The notes beneath the pieces were generated by a model, which saw only the letters and a program-made list of their open reading frames with translations, ran no database searches and was not told the DNA's origin. Below are positions 24,677 to 33,827 of a stretch of DNA of 44,033 nucleotides, piece after piece. The translations under genes and the position numbers were made by a program. Source of the stretch: Pseudomonas phage Persinger; the sequence record MT613935.1; one strand, written 5' to 3'. Positions within the stretch are counted from its first letter, which is position 1. Every line of letters begins with the position of its first letter.

Positions 24677-24702
24677 GCACTATTGGGTGCACCATGGGCA
24701 AA
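24677..24702. repeat. Arm-type direct repeats GGGTGCACTATTGGGTGCAC (candidate integrase arm sites in attP)
   Basis: Two tandem GGGTGCAC units. The same pair recurs at 24893-24918. Confidence 0.45.
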
Positions 24703-24892
24703 GTCAAATACCGCAACGCTTGAAATGACTTGTCAGGCGATGAACGGAAATGATGATGTTCTGCAATGGATTAGGCGGAATTTCGGTGATGCTCGGTGAC
24801 GCCGGATTATGGCTCTGTAACCGCCTTCTAAGCAGTTATACAGTTTCGAAAAAGGACAGTGAAAACAAGGACTTAGGCTAATCCGGCGGAAA

Positions 24893-24918
24893 GATTGGGT
24901 GCACTAATGGGTGCACTG
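24893..24918. repeat. Second copy of arm-type repeats GGGTGCACTAATGGGTGCAC
   Basis: Same 8-mer pair as 24677-24702, ~215 bp away, ~40 bp upstream of the tRNA. Confidence 0.45.
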
Positions 24919-24957
24919 TGGATAACCCTTCACGCCGACTCACGCACGTTCATTTCC

Positions 24958-25034
24958 GGCCCCGTAGCTCAACCGGATAGAGCACCAGCCTTCTAAGCTG
25001 GGGGTTCCAGGTTCGATTCCTGGCGGGGTCGCCA
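24958..25034 (+). tRNA. tRNA-Arg (anticodon TCT), complete with CCA
   Basis: Cloverleaf folds by hand. Acceptor GGCCCCG/CGGGGTC (one G-U), D-stem GCTC/GAGC, anticodon stem CCAGC/GCTGG with loop CUUCUAA, T-stem CCAGG/CCTGG with TTCGATT, discriminator G + CCA. Probable attP core at its 3' end. Confidence 0.85.
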
Positions 25035-26084
25035 TCACTCGGCCTTCACCTCGACTTCCGGCGATTCATCCTTGTTCGGCTTCTCGCCTTCCACGTCGCA
25101 GACGTAGCCGCCAGATGCGTCCAGGCGGTGGGTCACCCGCGAAATCAGCCATTGGCCATCCACTCCAGGCCGGAACCCTGCCAGGGTCAGCGGGGCTTCG
25201 GCGGCGATCAGCGGCGAGCCGGTGACGGTCAGTGAAATGGTTTCCTGTCCGCGCTCGCGCCGCGCCAGGTCAGCCCGCGCAGCAGCCAGCGCCATTTCCT
25301 CGGTCGGGTAGTATTGTTTCAGCCTGCGCACCGGCTCGCCCTTGCCCACCTTCACTTCGTTGCGCTTGGCCTGCTTCACGGCGTGCCAGTACGCCACGAC
25401 CATGCCGGCGGTTTCCCGCTTGGCCAGGACCATGCGCCAACTGGCGCAGTCGGCCGGCTCCAGGAACACAGGCGCCAGTGCCTCGCCGCTGACCGACTTG
25501 GATTCGCCGCGCTTGGCCAGCACCAGCTTGCCGCCTGCCGGCTTCACCACGGCGTCGTATTTCTTCGCCAGGCGGACCAGCAGGTTAATGTCCGATTCGT
25601 CGGCCTGGTCGGTGTGGGGAAGGGCAATGGACTTCAGCGACGCGGCCACGGCTGGTTCCATGCCGTGTTCCTTGGCGATCTTCGCCACCATGTCGCCCAG
25701 CTTGGTGCCCTTCGGCCAGCTGCGGGTTTTCTGCGTCTGCAGGTCCGATTTGCCGCCCTTGCTCTTGTCGTAAGTGGCCGCTCGCGCGCGGATGACCATT
25801 TCGCCAGGCCAGCCGGCCAGCTCCACTTCATCGCACACGAACATGCCCATGGGCAGGGTGAAGCCGTCGTAACCCAGGAACAACTGCAGTTCGGCGCCGG
25901 TCGGCGGGATCGCGATAGGCGCCATCGGGTCGTTGTCGGACAGGGTGATTTCCAGGGTGTCCGATTCCATGCCAACGGCGTCGGTCAGCGTCAGGCTGAT
26001 GAAGCGCTGGGCGATGGTCGCGGTTATGTCCGCCTGGTCCGCCAGGATGCGCCAACTGGGTGCAATGCCGGTAATCAGTCCCAC
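25035..26084 (-). CDS. Tail protein D (P2 gpD-like)
   Basis: 349 aa, gpD-family sequence. Last gene of the P2-type tail block. Stop abuts the tRNA 3' end. Confidence 0.8.
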   Translation of the reverse strand: MGLITGIAPSWRILADQADITATIAQRFISLTLTDAVGMESDTLEITLSDNDPMAPIAIPPTGAELQLFLGYDGFTLPMGMFVCDEVELAGWPGEMVIRARAATYDKSKGGKSDLQTQKTRSWPKGTKLGDMVAKIAKEHGMEPAVAASLKSIALPHTDQADESDINLLVRLAKKYDAVVKPAGGKLVLAKRGESKSVSGEALAPVFLEPADCASWRMVLAKRETAGMVVAYWHAVKQAKRNEVKVGKGEPVRRLKQYYPTEEMALAAARADLARRERGQETISLTVTGSPLIAAEAPLTLAGFRPGVDGQWLISRVTHRLDASGGYVCDVEGEKPNKDESPEVEVKAE

Positions 26085-26287
26085 AGGCGCACCACCTGCG
26101 CGGCCGTGGCCGGCTCCAGCTCGGGCAGGGTGACCAGCACGCCGGCCGGCAGCACCGGCCCCAGGTCAGCCAGTCCGGGGTTCGCCTCCAGCAGTTGTTC
26201 GACCACCTGGCCGTCCTGGGTGCCGTAGTATTTCCAGGCGATGTAATCGGCGGTGTCGCCGTCGCTGGTCCTGTAGGTCAGGCTCAT
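26075..26287 (-). CDS. Tail protein X (P2 gpX-like, LysM-like)
   Basis: 70 aa, between gpU and gpD as in P2. Confidence 0.65.
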   Translation of the reverse strand: MSLTYRTSDGDTADYIAWKYYGTQDGQVVEQLLEANPGLADLGPVLPAGVLVTLPELEPATAAQVVRLWD

Positions 26288-26688
26288 TCTTCGCGCTTCC
26301 GAAGCTGCAGGGTGAATTCTTGTTTGCGTGGGCGGCCGAACGCCGCGAACACGGACTGGCCTTCCTCCACGCCTTCGATGACGAACCGCCCCAGCAGGCG
26401 GCCGTAACCGTCCACCAGCAGCTGCGGAGTGCCGCGCCTGGCCAGGGCGCGCATTGCGTCCAACTGGGCGGTGCCGCCCCGGTACTCGGTGAAGATGACG
26501 CCCGACAGCGTGATGCTGTCGCCTCCTGGCCCGGTGTACTGAAGCGCCGGCATCCGGCCGAACCGATCCTGCGCCGCCCAGCGGTATTCGGTGCGGCGAC
26601 GCAGTTCCTGGTACGCCGCCGTGTTGATGCTGAACTGGAAGGTGCCCAGCTGCATCATGACAGTGCCGCCGAGTGAATAGCCGATCAT
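26284..26688 (-). CDS. Tail protein U (P2 gpU-like)
   Basis: 134 aa, follows the tape measure as in P2. Confidence 0.65.
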   Translation of the reverse strand: MIGYSLGGTVMMQLGTFQFSINTAAYQELRRRTEYRWAAQDRFGRMPALQYTGPGGDSITLSGVIFTEYRGGTAQLDAMRALARRGTPQLLVDGYGRLLGRFVIEGVEEGQSVFAAFGRPRKQEFTLQLRKREE

Positions 26689-29051
26689 TGCGCGGGTGCC
26701 CCGTCGATCATGGCGCCGCGTCTACGCACAGCGCGTTCCTGTTCCTGCAGCCGGGTGATTTCCCGCGCCAGCTCGCGCGTGTTCTGCCCTGGCTGCTGCG
26801 TCACCTGGATGGTGGTCTGGCTGTTGTCGTTCACCGTGGTTCCTCCCTGGCCGCGAGCGGTGGCCATGGCCGGCGTCGGCAGGCGGGGTGCATCCTGGGC
26901 GCCCTTGGCCGGTGCCGCGTCATCGCCGCCGAAAAACGCTTTGGTCTTGTCCCAAGCGCCGCCGATGGCGTTGCCAGCTGCGTTCTTGAACTCGACAGCC
27001 TTGGCCGCGATTCCGCCGATGTTGTTGGCTACCCAGGTCAGGCCCTGAATCAGCGTCTGCAGAGGCATCAGCACCAGATTGATGCCGGCCGCCAGCGCCT
27101 CGCCGAACGCCTCGCCGGCGGCGCCTGCCTTGCCCAGTTCCTCGGTGCTGTACTTCACCGGCTGCAACAGGTTGGTGAACCATTGCCATGCGGTCTTCAG
27201 CCCGTCACCGACCAGGGCGAACGCCGGGTGCAGCGGCTCCAGCGCCTGCCAGAAGTCGCGGAAGGTCTGGACGACAGGCTGCAGGCCGGCGGTGATACCT
27301 TCGAACGTGCCGACCATGAAGGCTTTCACGCCGTCCCAGTGGCGATAGATCATCAGACCAGCAAACGCGATGCCGGCAACGATGGCGCCAATCGGGTTGG
27401 TGACCAGCGCCAGGGTCACGGCGCGAATGCCGCCGACGACGGCCGGCAGGGCGCCAGTGGCCAGGCCGAGCAGTCCGCCCCTGGCAGTCGCGGCGCTGGC
27501 GCCGAGCGCCCGCGATCCGATGGACGCCAGCAGCATCTGCGCGCGAGCGCCAGCCAGGGCGCCAGCCACTTGCAGGGCGCCGCCCTTCAGGAACGTGAAG
27601 GCATATCCGCCGGCCAGGGTTGCCAGGCGCAGGCCGACCAGAGCCACGGCGGTGCCGACCACGGCCTGGGTCAGCTTCGGATGCTCGCGCGCGAAGTCGG
27701 CCACGGCACTGACGACCGGCGAAATCGCCGCGAACGTGGAATTGACGGCCGGCAGCAGGACGGTGCCCAGGTTTACCGCGACTTCCTGCACGCGGTTTTT
27801 CATGATCTGCCATTGCGCGTTCGTGGTCGCCAGGCGTGCTGCGAACTCGCGCGACATGCTGCCTTTCGCGGCTGCGCTGTTGGCCAGCTCCAGCTGCCGG
27901 CGCCACTCGGCGGTATTGTTCGCAAGCTTGGCCAGGGTGTCGGAATGCTCCAGGCCGACCAGCTCGACCATGACGCCCAGCTGCTTTTCGGCCGGCAGCT
28001 TGCCGATAGCTTCCATGACTTTCATCAGCGTGCCGGTGGCGTCCTTCTGCATGCCTTTCTGCACGGCAGCGGTGGACAGGCCGATTTCCTTCATGGCCGC
28101 CTTGAATTTCTTGGTGCCCTTGTCGGCCGCGCCCAGCTTGCTGAACATCGCATTGACGGCGGTTCCGGCGGTTTCGGTGCGCTCGCCAAGCGTCAGCAGC
28201 GTGGAACCCAGCGCCGCCATTTCCTGGCCGGTGATCTTGACGGACGACGCCACGCCGCCAGTGCGGGTCAGGAAGTCGATGATATCGCCACCCTTCGAAA
28301 TGGCGTTGTCGTCCAGGTAGTTGATGGAGTCGGCCAGCTCGCCGATTGCCGGAATCGGGATTTTGAACAAGCCGGCAATCTTGCCCATGTTGTCCGCCAG
28401 CTCGCCAGCCGGCAGTTCGAAGGCGTCGGCCATCATGGCAGCGGTACGGGTGAAGCCGATAAGTTCGTCACGCGCAACGCCCATGCGCGAGCCTGCAGCC
28501 ACCATGTCGGCCAGGTCGTTGGTAGCCAGAGGGATTTCGCGGCCGAGCTGCTGAATCGACTTCGCCATTTGATGATAAACGGGCGTCAGTCGTCCGGCGG
28601 AATCTCGCGCACCGTCCACCTGCTTAGCGACGCCGAGCATGGCGGTTTCGAAACGGGCGGCCTGGATGATGGGGCTTGCGGCAGTTGCGCCCAGCGCCAG
28701 CGCGTCGAATATCTGGCCGCGATACTCGGCGCGTTTCGCGGCGTTTGCCTGCTGGGCAGCCTCGACACGGCGCAGGCGTTCGTGCGCGACGCGCAGCTTA
28801 TCCACCTGCCCGGTAAGAATGGCGTAGCGTGCGCGCAATCCGTCAACGTTCTTGCCGGCCTCGCCGAACGTGCGAATGGCGCTGGTAAGGGTGCGCTGTT
28901 CGGTTTCCAGGCGACGCAGTGCTGCGCCGACTTGACCCACCTGGCCCTTGATATCGCCGAACGCCGAACGCAGACTTGATGCGACGGCACCGCCGATAGT
29001 GATTGTCGCATTCAGCCGTTTGTTAGCCATCTGCCTTCGGTAATCCTTCAA
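26685..29051 (-). CDS. Tail tape measure protein (gpT)
   Basis: 788 aa, Ala/Gly-rich coiled-coil and TM-like segments. Follows E/E'. Track start is TTG 29051; ATG 29030 lies 2 nt after the E' stop. Confidence 0.8.
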   Translation of the reverse strand: MKDYRRQMANKRLNATITIGGAVASSLRSAFGDIKGQVGQVGAALRRLETEQRTLTSAIRTFGEAGKNVDGLRARYAILTGQVDKLRVAHERLRRVEAAQQANAAKRAEYRGQIFDALALGATAASPIIQAARFETAMLGVAKQVDGARDSAGRLTPVYHQMAKSIQQLGREIPLATNDLADMVAAGSRMGVARDELIGFTRTAAMMADAFELPAGELADNMGKIAGLFKIPIPAIGELADSINYLDDNAISKGGDIIDFLTRTGGVASSVKITGQEMAALGSTLLTLGERTETAGTAVNAMFSKLGAADKGTKKFKAAMKEIGLSTAAVQKGMQKDATGTLMKVMEAIGKLPAEKQLGVMVELVGLEHSDTLAKLANNTAEWRRQLELANSAAAKGSMSREFAARLATTNAQWQIMKNRVQEVAVNLGTVLLPAVNSTFAAISPVVSAVADFAREHPKLTQAVVGTAVALVGLRLATLAGGYAFTFLKGGALQVAGALAGARAQMLLASIGSRALGASAATARGGLLGLATGALPAVVGGIRAVTLALVTNPIGAIVAGIAFAGLMIYRHWDGVKAFMVGTFEGITAGLQPVVQTFRDFWQALEPLHPAFALVGDGLKTAWQWFTNLLQPVKYSTEELGKAGAAGEAFGEALAAGINLVLMPLQTLIQGLTWVANNIGGIAAKAVEFKNAAGNAIGGAWDKTKAFFGGDDAAPAKGAQDAPRLPTPAMATARGQGGTTVNDNSQTTIQVTQQPGQNTRELAREITRLQEQERAVRRRGAMIDGAPAQ

Positions 29052-29432
29052 GCCACCAGATGAATTTTGACGTGCGCAGCGCTGTGATTTCCGCCAATGA
29101 CCAGCCGGTATGGCTGGCCAATGCTAAGACGCCCTGGCGGATGTACTTGGCGCTTAGTCGATGAAACCCAGGTATGCGGTCTGGAACCGCCTGTAGTCGC
29201 GCAGCGGCAGCTTGCGGATATCGTCCGGCGCCAGGTCGCACAGATTGGCGAACACGTTGATTTCGCGCGACGCATCGCTGCCGCTCATTTCCGACGCCAC
29301 TTCCTGGTCGCCCACGGTCGGCTCACGCATGCGAACGGTGCTGGTCTTCACGCCGCCGAACTCGGCCGGCTTCGACAGGGTAATGTCCACGCTGCCGTCG
29401 TCGTTGTGCTTCAGATACTCGGGTTTCTTCAT
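29023..29432 (-). CDS. gpE+E' fusion product via programmed -1 ribosomal frameshift
   Basis: Slippery heptamer G_GGT_TTC (minus strand, ~29163-29169) in the gpE frame. The -1 frame continues ...FHRLSAKYIRQGVLALASHTGWSLAEITALRTSKFIWWLEGLPKADG to a stop at 29023, exactly like P2 E/E'. Confidence 0.45.
29154..29432 (-). CDS. Tail assembly chaperone gpE
   Basis: 92 aa between tube and tape measure. Ends 5 codons after a GGGTTTC heptamer. Confidence 0.6.
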   Translation of the reverse strand: MKKPEYLKHNDDGSVDITLSKPAEFGGVKTSTVRMREPTVGDQEVASEMSGSDASREINVFANLCDLAPDDIRKLPLRDYRRFQTAYLGFID

Positions 29433-29498
29433 TTCCGTTTCACCTGCAAATGATTTCTGGTTTGGAGAAAGGCCGGTCTGCGCCGGCCTCGGTGTTTC

Positions 29499-30005
29499 TT
29501 AGATGCCCAGCGCGCCGCGAATGGCTGCCAGCACGTCCACGCCGTTGATGATGCGCACCATGTTTTCGGCGTCCACTTCGTGCACCACGGACCCGCCGTG
29601 CTGCATCTTGTAGTAGGTCAGCGACATGGTGACTTTCAGCAGCGGCAGTTCGCCGGGCTTACTGGTGCCAGGGTCCAGCTCGGTGATTTTCCCGCGCATG
29701 GTATGCACTACCGGGGTCACGGTGCCGTCGAAGGATTCCAGCGCCTCGCGGACCACCAGCGGAACGCTGGCGCCCTGGACGACGCCGAACAGCGCCAGCA
29801 CGTTGCGGTCGTATGCTTTCAGGCTGAAATCGCAGACCAGCTTTTCCATGCCCATCGTTACGTCAATGGGCAGGTCCATGCCGCCAGCGCGGAATTCTTC
29901 GGTCTGCAGCGTCAGCTTGGGCGGGTTGAATTCGTCGGCCTGGCCGGCGTAGCCCCGGCCATCCACGAACAGGTTAAAGTTCTTGCGAACGTCGCGAGCG
30001 GCCAT
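29499..30005 (-). CDS. Tail tube protein (gpFII)
   Basis: 168 aa, FII-family sequence, directly after the sheath. Confidence 0.8.
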   Translation of the reverse strand: MAARDVRKNFNLFVDGRGYAGQADEFNPPKLTLQTEEFRAGGMDLPIDVTMGMEKLVCDFSLKAYDRNVLALFGVVQGASVPLVVREALESFDGTVTPVVHTMRGKITELDPGTSKPGELPLLKVTMSLTYYKMQHGGSVVHEVDAENMVRIINGVDVLAAIRGALGI

Positions 30006-30006
30006 T

Positions 30007-31440
30007 TTAGAAAATCTCCGTCAGGTATTCGGTGGTCAGGTAGCTGCGGAAGATCAGATGTTCCGCCGGGTAGACCGGGGTGAAATCGAAGTCCCAGTAG
30101 ACCTTTCCCTGTGCGATCTGGTCCGGGGTGTTGATATCCGGGTCAGCCCAGCAGTCGCCGCCGATGATAGCACCGATGGTCACCAGGTGGCGAAGGTAAG
30201 CGCGAACGCCTTCCTGCACGTCCTGGATATACTGCTTGGTAATGCCGCGATCCACGGCCCACAGGTGCGCAGCCATCAGACTGTCGTTTATGATATCGGC
30301 GGTGCGGACCACGCACAGGAACGCCCATTTCGGATCGCTCGAAAGCGTGCGGTTGCCCCACAAGCGGAAACCGTCCTCGCGAATGATGGTCGCCACTTTC
30401 TTTTCGTTCAGCAGGTTTGCGCGCGCGTTCGGGTCGCCCAGCGTGAAGTCGATAGGCCGCGCGGTGCCGATGATGCCGTTGATGTTCTGGTTGGACGGCG
30501 ACCACCAGAACCCACGCTCGTTGTCGGACTTCGCCAGCAGGCCAGCGACGCAGGCGCTTGCCCACTCGGTGACGTTTTCGCCTTCGTCGTCCACTTTGAT
30601 GACCTTGGGGTCCACCACGTAGACGCGCTTCGAACCGAAGTCGCCAGCGTAGGCGATGGCGTCGGCGTCGTTGGTGTTCGGGCCGTCCGCGATGATGACA
30701 GCGCGCAGGCGCTCGGCAATGCCGATCAGCTCGGCGACCACGGCATTGCCCACGGTGCCGAACGATGCGGTGGCCGCAGCCAGGGTGCCGCCGCCGCCAG
30801 CGAATGCCACGGTGGGCGCGCTGGTGTAGCCGCTGCCAGGGTTGGTGACCCGCACGGAAACCACTTTTCCGGCGTCGGCTCCAGTGCCCAGCACGGCTTC
30901 AGCGGTCGCGCCAGTGCCACCGCCGCCGGTCAGGGTGACGGTCGGGGCGCTGGTATAGCCGCTGCCCTGGTTGGTCACGGTGATGGCGGTAACGCCGCCC
31001 TGCACGCGCGTGTGCGTGAAGCCAGGCGCCACCAGGATGCGCGGCTGGAAGCCGACCACACTCTTGGCAGCGACCAGCGCGTGCACGCCTTCGTACTGTC
31101 CGGTAACTGCGTTCACGCCGCCAAGGACGTTTGCCAGGGTTTCGGCGTCGGTTTCGCCTTCCTCGACACGCACCACGATGACCACGGCGCCGGCCTGGTC
31201 AAAGATGCTGTCCATTGCGGCCGGCAGGGTGCCTTCGCCAGTGCCCAGCATGTCCAGCTTGGCGGCCTCGCGGCGGCTGCCGGCGATCAGTACCGGGGTG
31301 TTCAGCGGGAAGGCGGTAGCATCGGCGTTCGGCGCGGTGCCGACCAGGCCAATGACGCTGGAACGAACGGTGGAAATCGGGCGGGGTCCGGCGTCAATGT
31401 CGATGACCTCGACGCCGTGCAGGAAAGTTTCGCCAGCCAT
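30007..31440 (-). CDS. Tail sheath protein (gpFI) with an internal tandem-duplicated insertion
   Basis: 477 aa FI-family. Contains VTNQGSGYTSAPTVTLTGGGGT ... VTNPGSGYTSAPTVAFAGGGGT (two ~40-aa repeats). Confidence 0.85.
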   Translation of the reverse strand: MAGETFLHGVEVIDIDAGPRPISTVRSSVIGLVGTAPNADATAFPLNTPVLIAGSRREAAKLDMLGTGEGTLPAAMDSIFDQAGAVVIVVRVEEGETDAETLANVLGGVNAVTGQYEGVHALVAAKSVVGFQPRILVAPGFTHTRVQGGVTAITVTNQGSGYTSAPTVTLTGGGGTGATAEAVLGTGADAGKVVSVRVTNPGSGYTSAPTVAFAGGGGTLAAATASFGTVGNAVVAELIGIAERLRAVIIADGPNTNDADAIAYAGDFGSKRVYVVDPKVIKVDDEGENVTEWASACVAGLLAKSDNERGFWWSPSNQNINGIIGTARPIDFTLGDPNARANLLNEKKVATIIREDGFRLWGNRTLSSDPKWAFLCVVRTADIINDSLMAAHLWAVDRGITKQYIQDVQEGVRAYLRHLVTIGAIIGGDCWADPDINTPDQIAQGKVYWDFDFTPVYPAEHLIFRSYLTTEYLTEIF

Positions 31441-31507
31441 TTGTTTGGGCCTCGATAGACGCGGGTTTGTGAATCGTGCCGGAATGGTCGCAGGCTGGCG
31501 GTCGCCG

Positions 31508-31526
31508 TTCCTCTTGTGGGATTTCC
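31508..31526 (-). repeat. 19-bp late element copy C (intergenic)
   Basis: Sits between the terminator (31531-31556) and the sheath start (31440), 68-86 bp upstream of the ATG. Confidence 0.8.
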
Positions 31527-31530
31527 AGGC

Positions 31531-31556
31531 ATAAAAAGACCGCCCCGAAGGGCGGT
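31531..31556 (-). terminator. Rho-independent terminator after the fiber module
   Basis: ACCGCCC-CGAA-GGGCGGT, followed on the minus strand by CTTTTTAT. Confidence 0.7.
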
Positions 31557-31574
31557 AAGCAGGCGTGCGGTCGA

Positions 31575-32213
31575 TCAGGTCTTGATGATGTGGTTTAGAA
31601 CGATGGTCGGCTGGGTGTTGTTGTGCGCGCCACCGCCGCCCTGTGCCTGAATGCTGATTCCTGTAGCTGCGGCATAGATTCCGATTCCGGTAGCTGACGC
31701 CGTGGTGGTGTTCACGACGCCAAGGTTTCCGCTAGCTGGCGCATCAGCGCCGACCTGGTGCGGACCTCCGGTTCCGTCGAAGCTGGTCAGGTTCCAGGAC
31801 TGCTGGGTATGCGCGTGCGTCGGGTCATAGACGCTGTGCGCGTGCGTCGGGTCAGAAACGGCATGCGCGTGTGACGGCATTTGTGCAGTCGTCAGCGTAT
31901 GAGATTGGGCGCCACCAGCTGCGCCAAGGGCGTTGCCATCCACGCCAGCGCCTGCAGTGGTCAGTCGGCCTGCAGCCGTGCCGCCCATGTTGTCCTTGCC
32001 GGCTGCAACGCGCCCGCGCAGGTCGGGAAGGTTGAAAGTAGAACTGCCATCACCAGCGCCATAGGCGGTTCCGATGACGGCGAACAGGTGCGCATAGGTC
32101 GTGCGACTTACTGCCTGTCCATGGCAAAGCAGCCAGCCATTAGGTGCTGCCGCTCCAGCGAACGGCAGCACAACGCCGGCAAGTCCGAAAATTGATTGTG
32201 TCGCTCGACTCAT
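31575..32213 (-). CDS. Stand-alone phage tail-collar domain protein (MdpB-like) with PTHAH repeats
   Basis: Start at Met 32213, ATGA-coupled to the chaperone gene. Collar motif STFNLPDLRGR. HAHAVSDPTHAHSVYDPTHAHTQ His-rich repeats. Paralogous to the C-terminus of fiber 32418-33818. Occupies the P2 Z/fun position (G|FI). Confidence 0.55.
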   Translation of the reverse strand: MSRATQSIFGLAGVVLPFAGAAAPNGWLLCHGQAVSRTTYAHLFAVIGTAYGAGDGSSTFNLPDLRGRVAAGKDNMGGTAAGRLTTAGAGVDGNALGAAGGAQSHTLTTAQMPSHAHAVSDPTHAHSVYDPTHAHTQQSWNLTSFDGTGGPHQVGADAPASGNLGVVNTTTASATGIGIYAAATGISIQAQGGGGAHNNTQPTIVLNHIIKT

Positions 32214-32413
32214 ACACTGGCGCCTCCATCGGCTACCTGGGTCCATTTCGTTCCGTTCCAGCGTCGGCGATGCCCTGCCTTCGCCATCGGCGGTTTGCGA
32301 GTGATGCATCCGGCAGGAATCTGCCAGGTGCCGTCCTTCAGCTTGTCGGCGGTGGCGGGTCCGACAAGGAACCCGTCAGCATCCAGCTGGTAAACCTCTT
32401 TCGATTCGCTCAT
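32210..32413 (-). CDS. Tail fiber assembly chaperone (gpG-like)
   Basis: Start at Met 32413 (MSESKEVYQLDADGFLVGPATAD...) overlapping the fiber stop. Small protein immediately downstream of the fiber gene. Confidence 0.45.
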   Translation of the reverse strand: MSESKEVYQLDADGFLVGPATADKLKDGTWQIPAGCITRKPPMAKAGHRRRWNGTKWTQVADGGASV

Positions 32414-32417
32414 GTCG

Positions 32418-33818
32418 TTACGCCTTGATGCAATACAGCAGTGCCACGTTACGCGGGCGGGTTTCGGTGGCAAACGTGCCGATACTGCCGTTGTTGTCGA
32501 AGGTCACAGCGATTTCGCCAGATGCCGGGTTAGCGTTTGCGCCACCCTTCTGCCAAGCGCTGTCAGGAATGGTCCAAGTGTTTCCGGCCTCTGCGCTGGA
32601 AGTCGGAAGATAGTGGTTGTGCTGCTGCAGAGCATGCCCCTGGTTGCTGCCCAGCAGGCGCCCGCTATCCACGCCTCGCCCATCGTCCAGGCCACGGATG
32701 AATTCGCCGCGCAGGTCCGGCAGGTTGAACGTCGTGGACCCGTCGCCAGCGCCGAACGTGGTTCCGATGGCAGCGAACAGCGCGTTGTAAGTGGTCCGGT
32801 TCACTGCGGCGCCATTGCACCTCAGCCATCCCAGCGGCGGCGTGCTGCGCGCGAATGCCTGGACAGCTCCCGCCGGGGTAAGGATTGCGCCGATGTTCTT
32901 GATGTACTGCGCCAGCACGTCAACGGCAGGAACGCGCCCAGTGTCAGTTCCAGCGGTCAGTTCGTCCAGGGTCGCCAGTTCCACCAGTCCGCGCACCGTG
33001 GTGGATGCGCCAGCGATACCGTCCAGCGCGTCGTTCTGGTATGCGTGGATGATAGAGCCAGCCGGGTGCGATTCCGCCAGCGTGATCTGCGCAGCGCCGG
33101 TCACGTTGTAGTCAACGGTTTCAATCAGGCGCACGCCCTCGATGTAAACCGCAATGCCGTTGGCCTGGATAGTGGCGAAGTTCACGACGGTTTGACCGGA
33201 GGCGAGCGTCTGCCGCTCCGGCTTCACGTCAACGATTACGTCAACGGCGGCGTTCGGGTTCACCCATTTGAAATCTTCGTCCGTGTTGCTGTTCTTGGCC
33301 AGCACCTGGCCAGCCAGACCGCCGGCCACCTTGCTGCGCAGCAGGAACTGGCTGACCACCCACTGACGCGATGCCAGGACAATGCTGGGGTCGATCTTCA
33401 GTTGCACCACCGAAGCGTTCGACACTTCGATGATGACGCGCACTACCAGGTCGCGGGTGGCGCCTTCGGACAGCTGCGGCTTGTAGGTTTCCGGGAAATT
33501 GCCGACCGCGAGCAACTGGCCGTCAACGTCGTACAGGCCGACTTCGCGCACGGTCCAGCCGCCAACGTCGGACGGCACCACCAGCTCGGCGATGACGTAA
33601 TTGGGATTCGCCGGGTCCGTACTCAACTGGTTGAGCTGCGCGCGGTAGACCTGGCGCACCAGGCCGGTCTGCGACTGGCTGGGCGTGGTCGGGTTGCCGT
33701 TGCCGTCGCCCAGCGCCATTTCGGTGACCTGGATTTGCTGGCCGAGCGCAACGGCGTTGGCGATTTTCGCCTGGCCGATGCTGGTAAGAATCGTGAAGAA
33801 TGCCATTCTGTCCACCAA
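32418..33818 (-). CDS. Tail fiber protein (gpH-like N-terminus, C-terminal collar domain)
   Basis: 466 aa. N-terminal DUF3751-like fiber attachment region (MAFFTILTSIGQAKIANA...). C-terminal TTFNLPDLRGEFIRG collar domain. Confidence 0.7.
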   Translation of the reverse strand: MVDRMAFFTILTSIGQAKIANAVALGQQIQVTEMALGDGNGNPTTPSQSQTGLVRQVYRAQLNQLSTDPANPNYVIAELVVPSDVGGWTVREVGLYDVDGQLLAVGNFPETYKPQLSEGATRDLVVRVIIEVSNASVVQLKIDPSIVLASRQWVVSQFLLRSKVAGGLAGQVLAKNSNTDEDFKWVNPNAAVDVIVDVKPERQTLASGQTVVNFATIQANGIAVYIEGVRLIETVDYNVTGAAQITLAESHPAGSIIHAYQNDALDGIAGASTTVRGLVELATLDELTAGTDTGRVPAVDVLAQYIKNIGAILTPAGAVQAFARSTPPLGWLRCNGAAVNRTTYNALFAAIGTTFGAGDGSTTFNLPDLRGEFIRGLDDGRGVDSGRLLGSNQGHALQQHNHYLPTSSAEAGNTWTIPDSAWQKGGANANPASGEIAVTFDNNGSIGTFATETRPRNVALLYCIKA

Positions 33819-33827
33819 TCAGTTGGA

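Noticed and set aside
24958-25034. tmRNA/ssrA gene as source of the AANDNY-like motifs
   Set aside because: The only RNA gene found is a canonical tRNA-Arg. No tmRNA-like structure or tag reading frame is present.
26673-28979. Very long plus-strand ORFs antisense to structural genes (26673-28979, 32412-35630, 40046-42337, 23511-24728, 8907-10637)
   Set aside because: Arg/Gly/Ala-rich, no recognisable domains, and exactly antisense to well-supported genes. Typical stop-codon-poor reverse frames of high-GC DNA.
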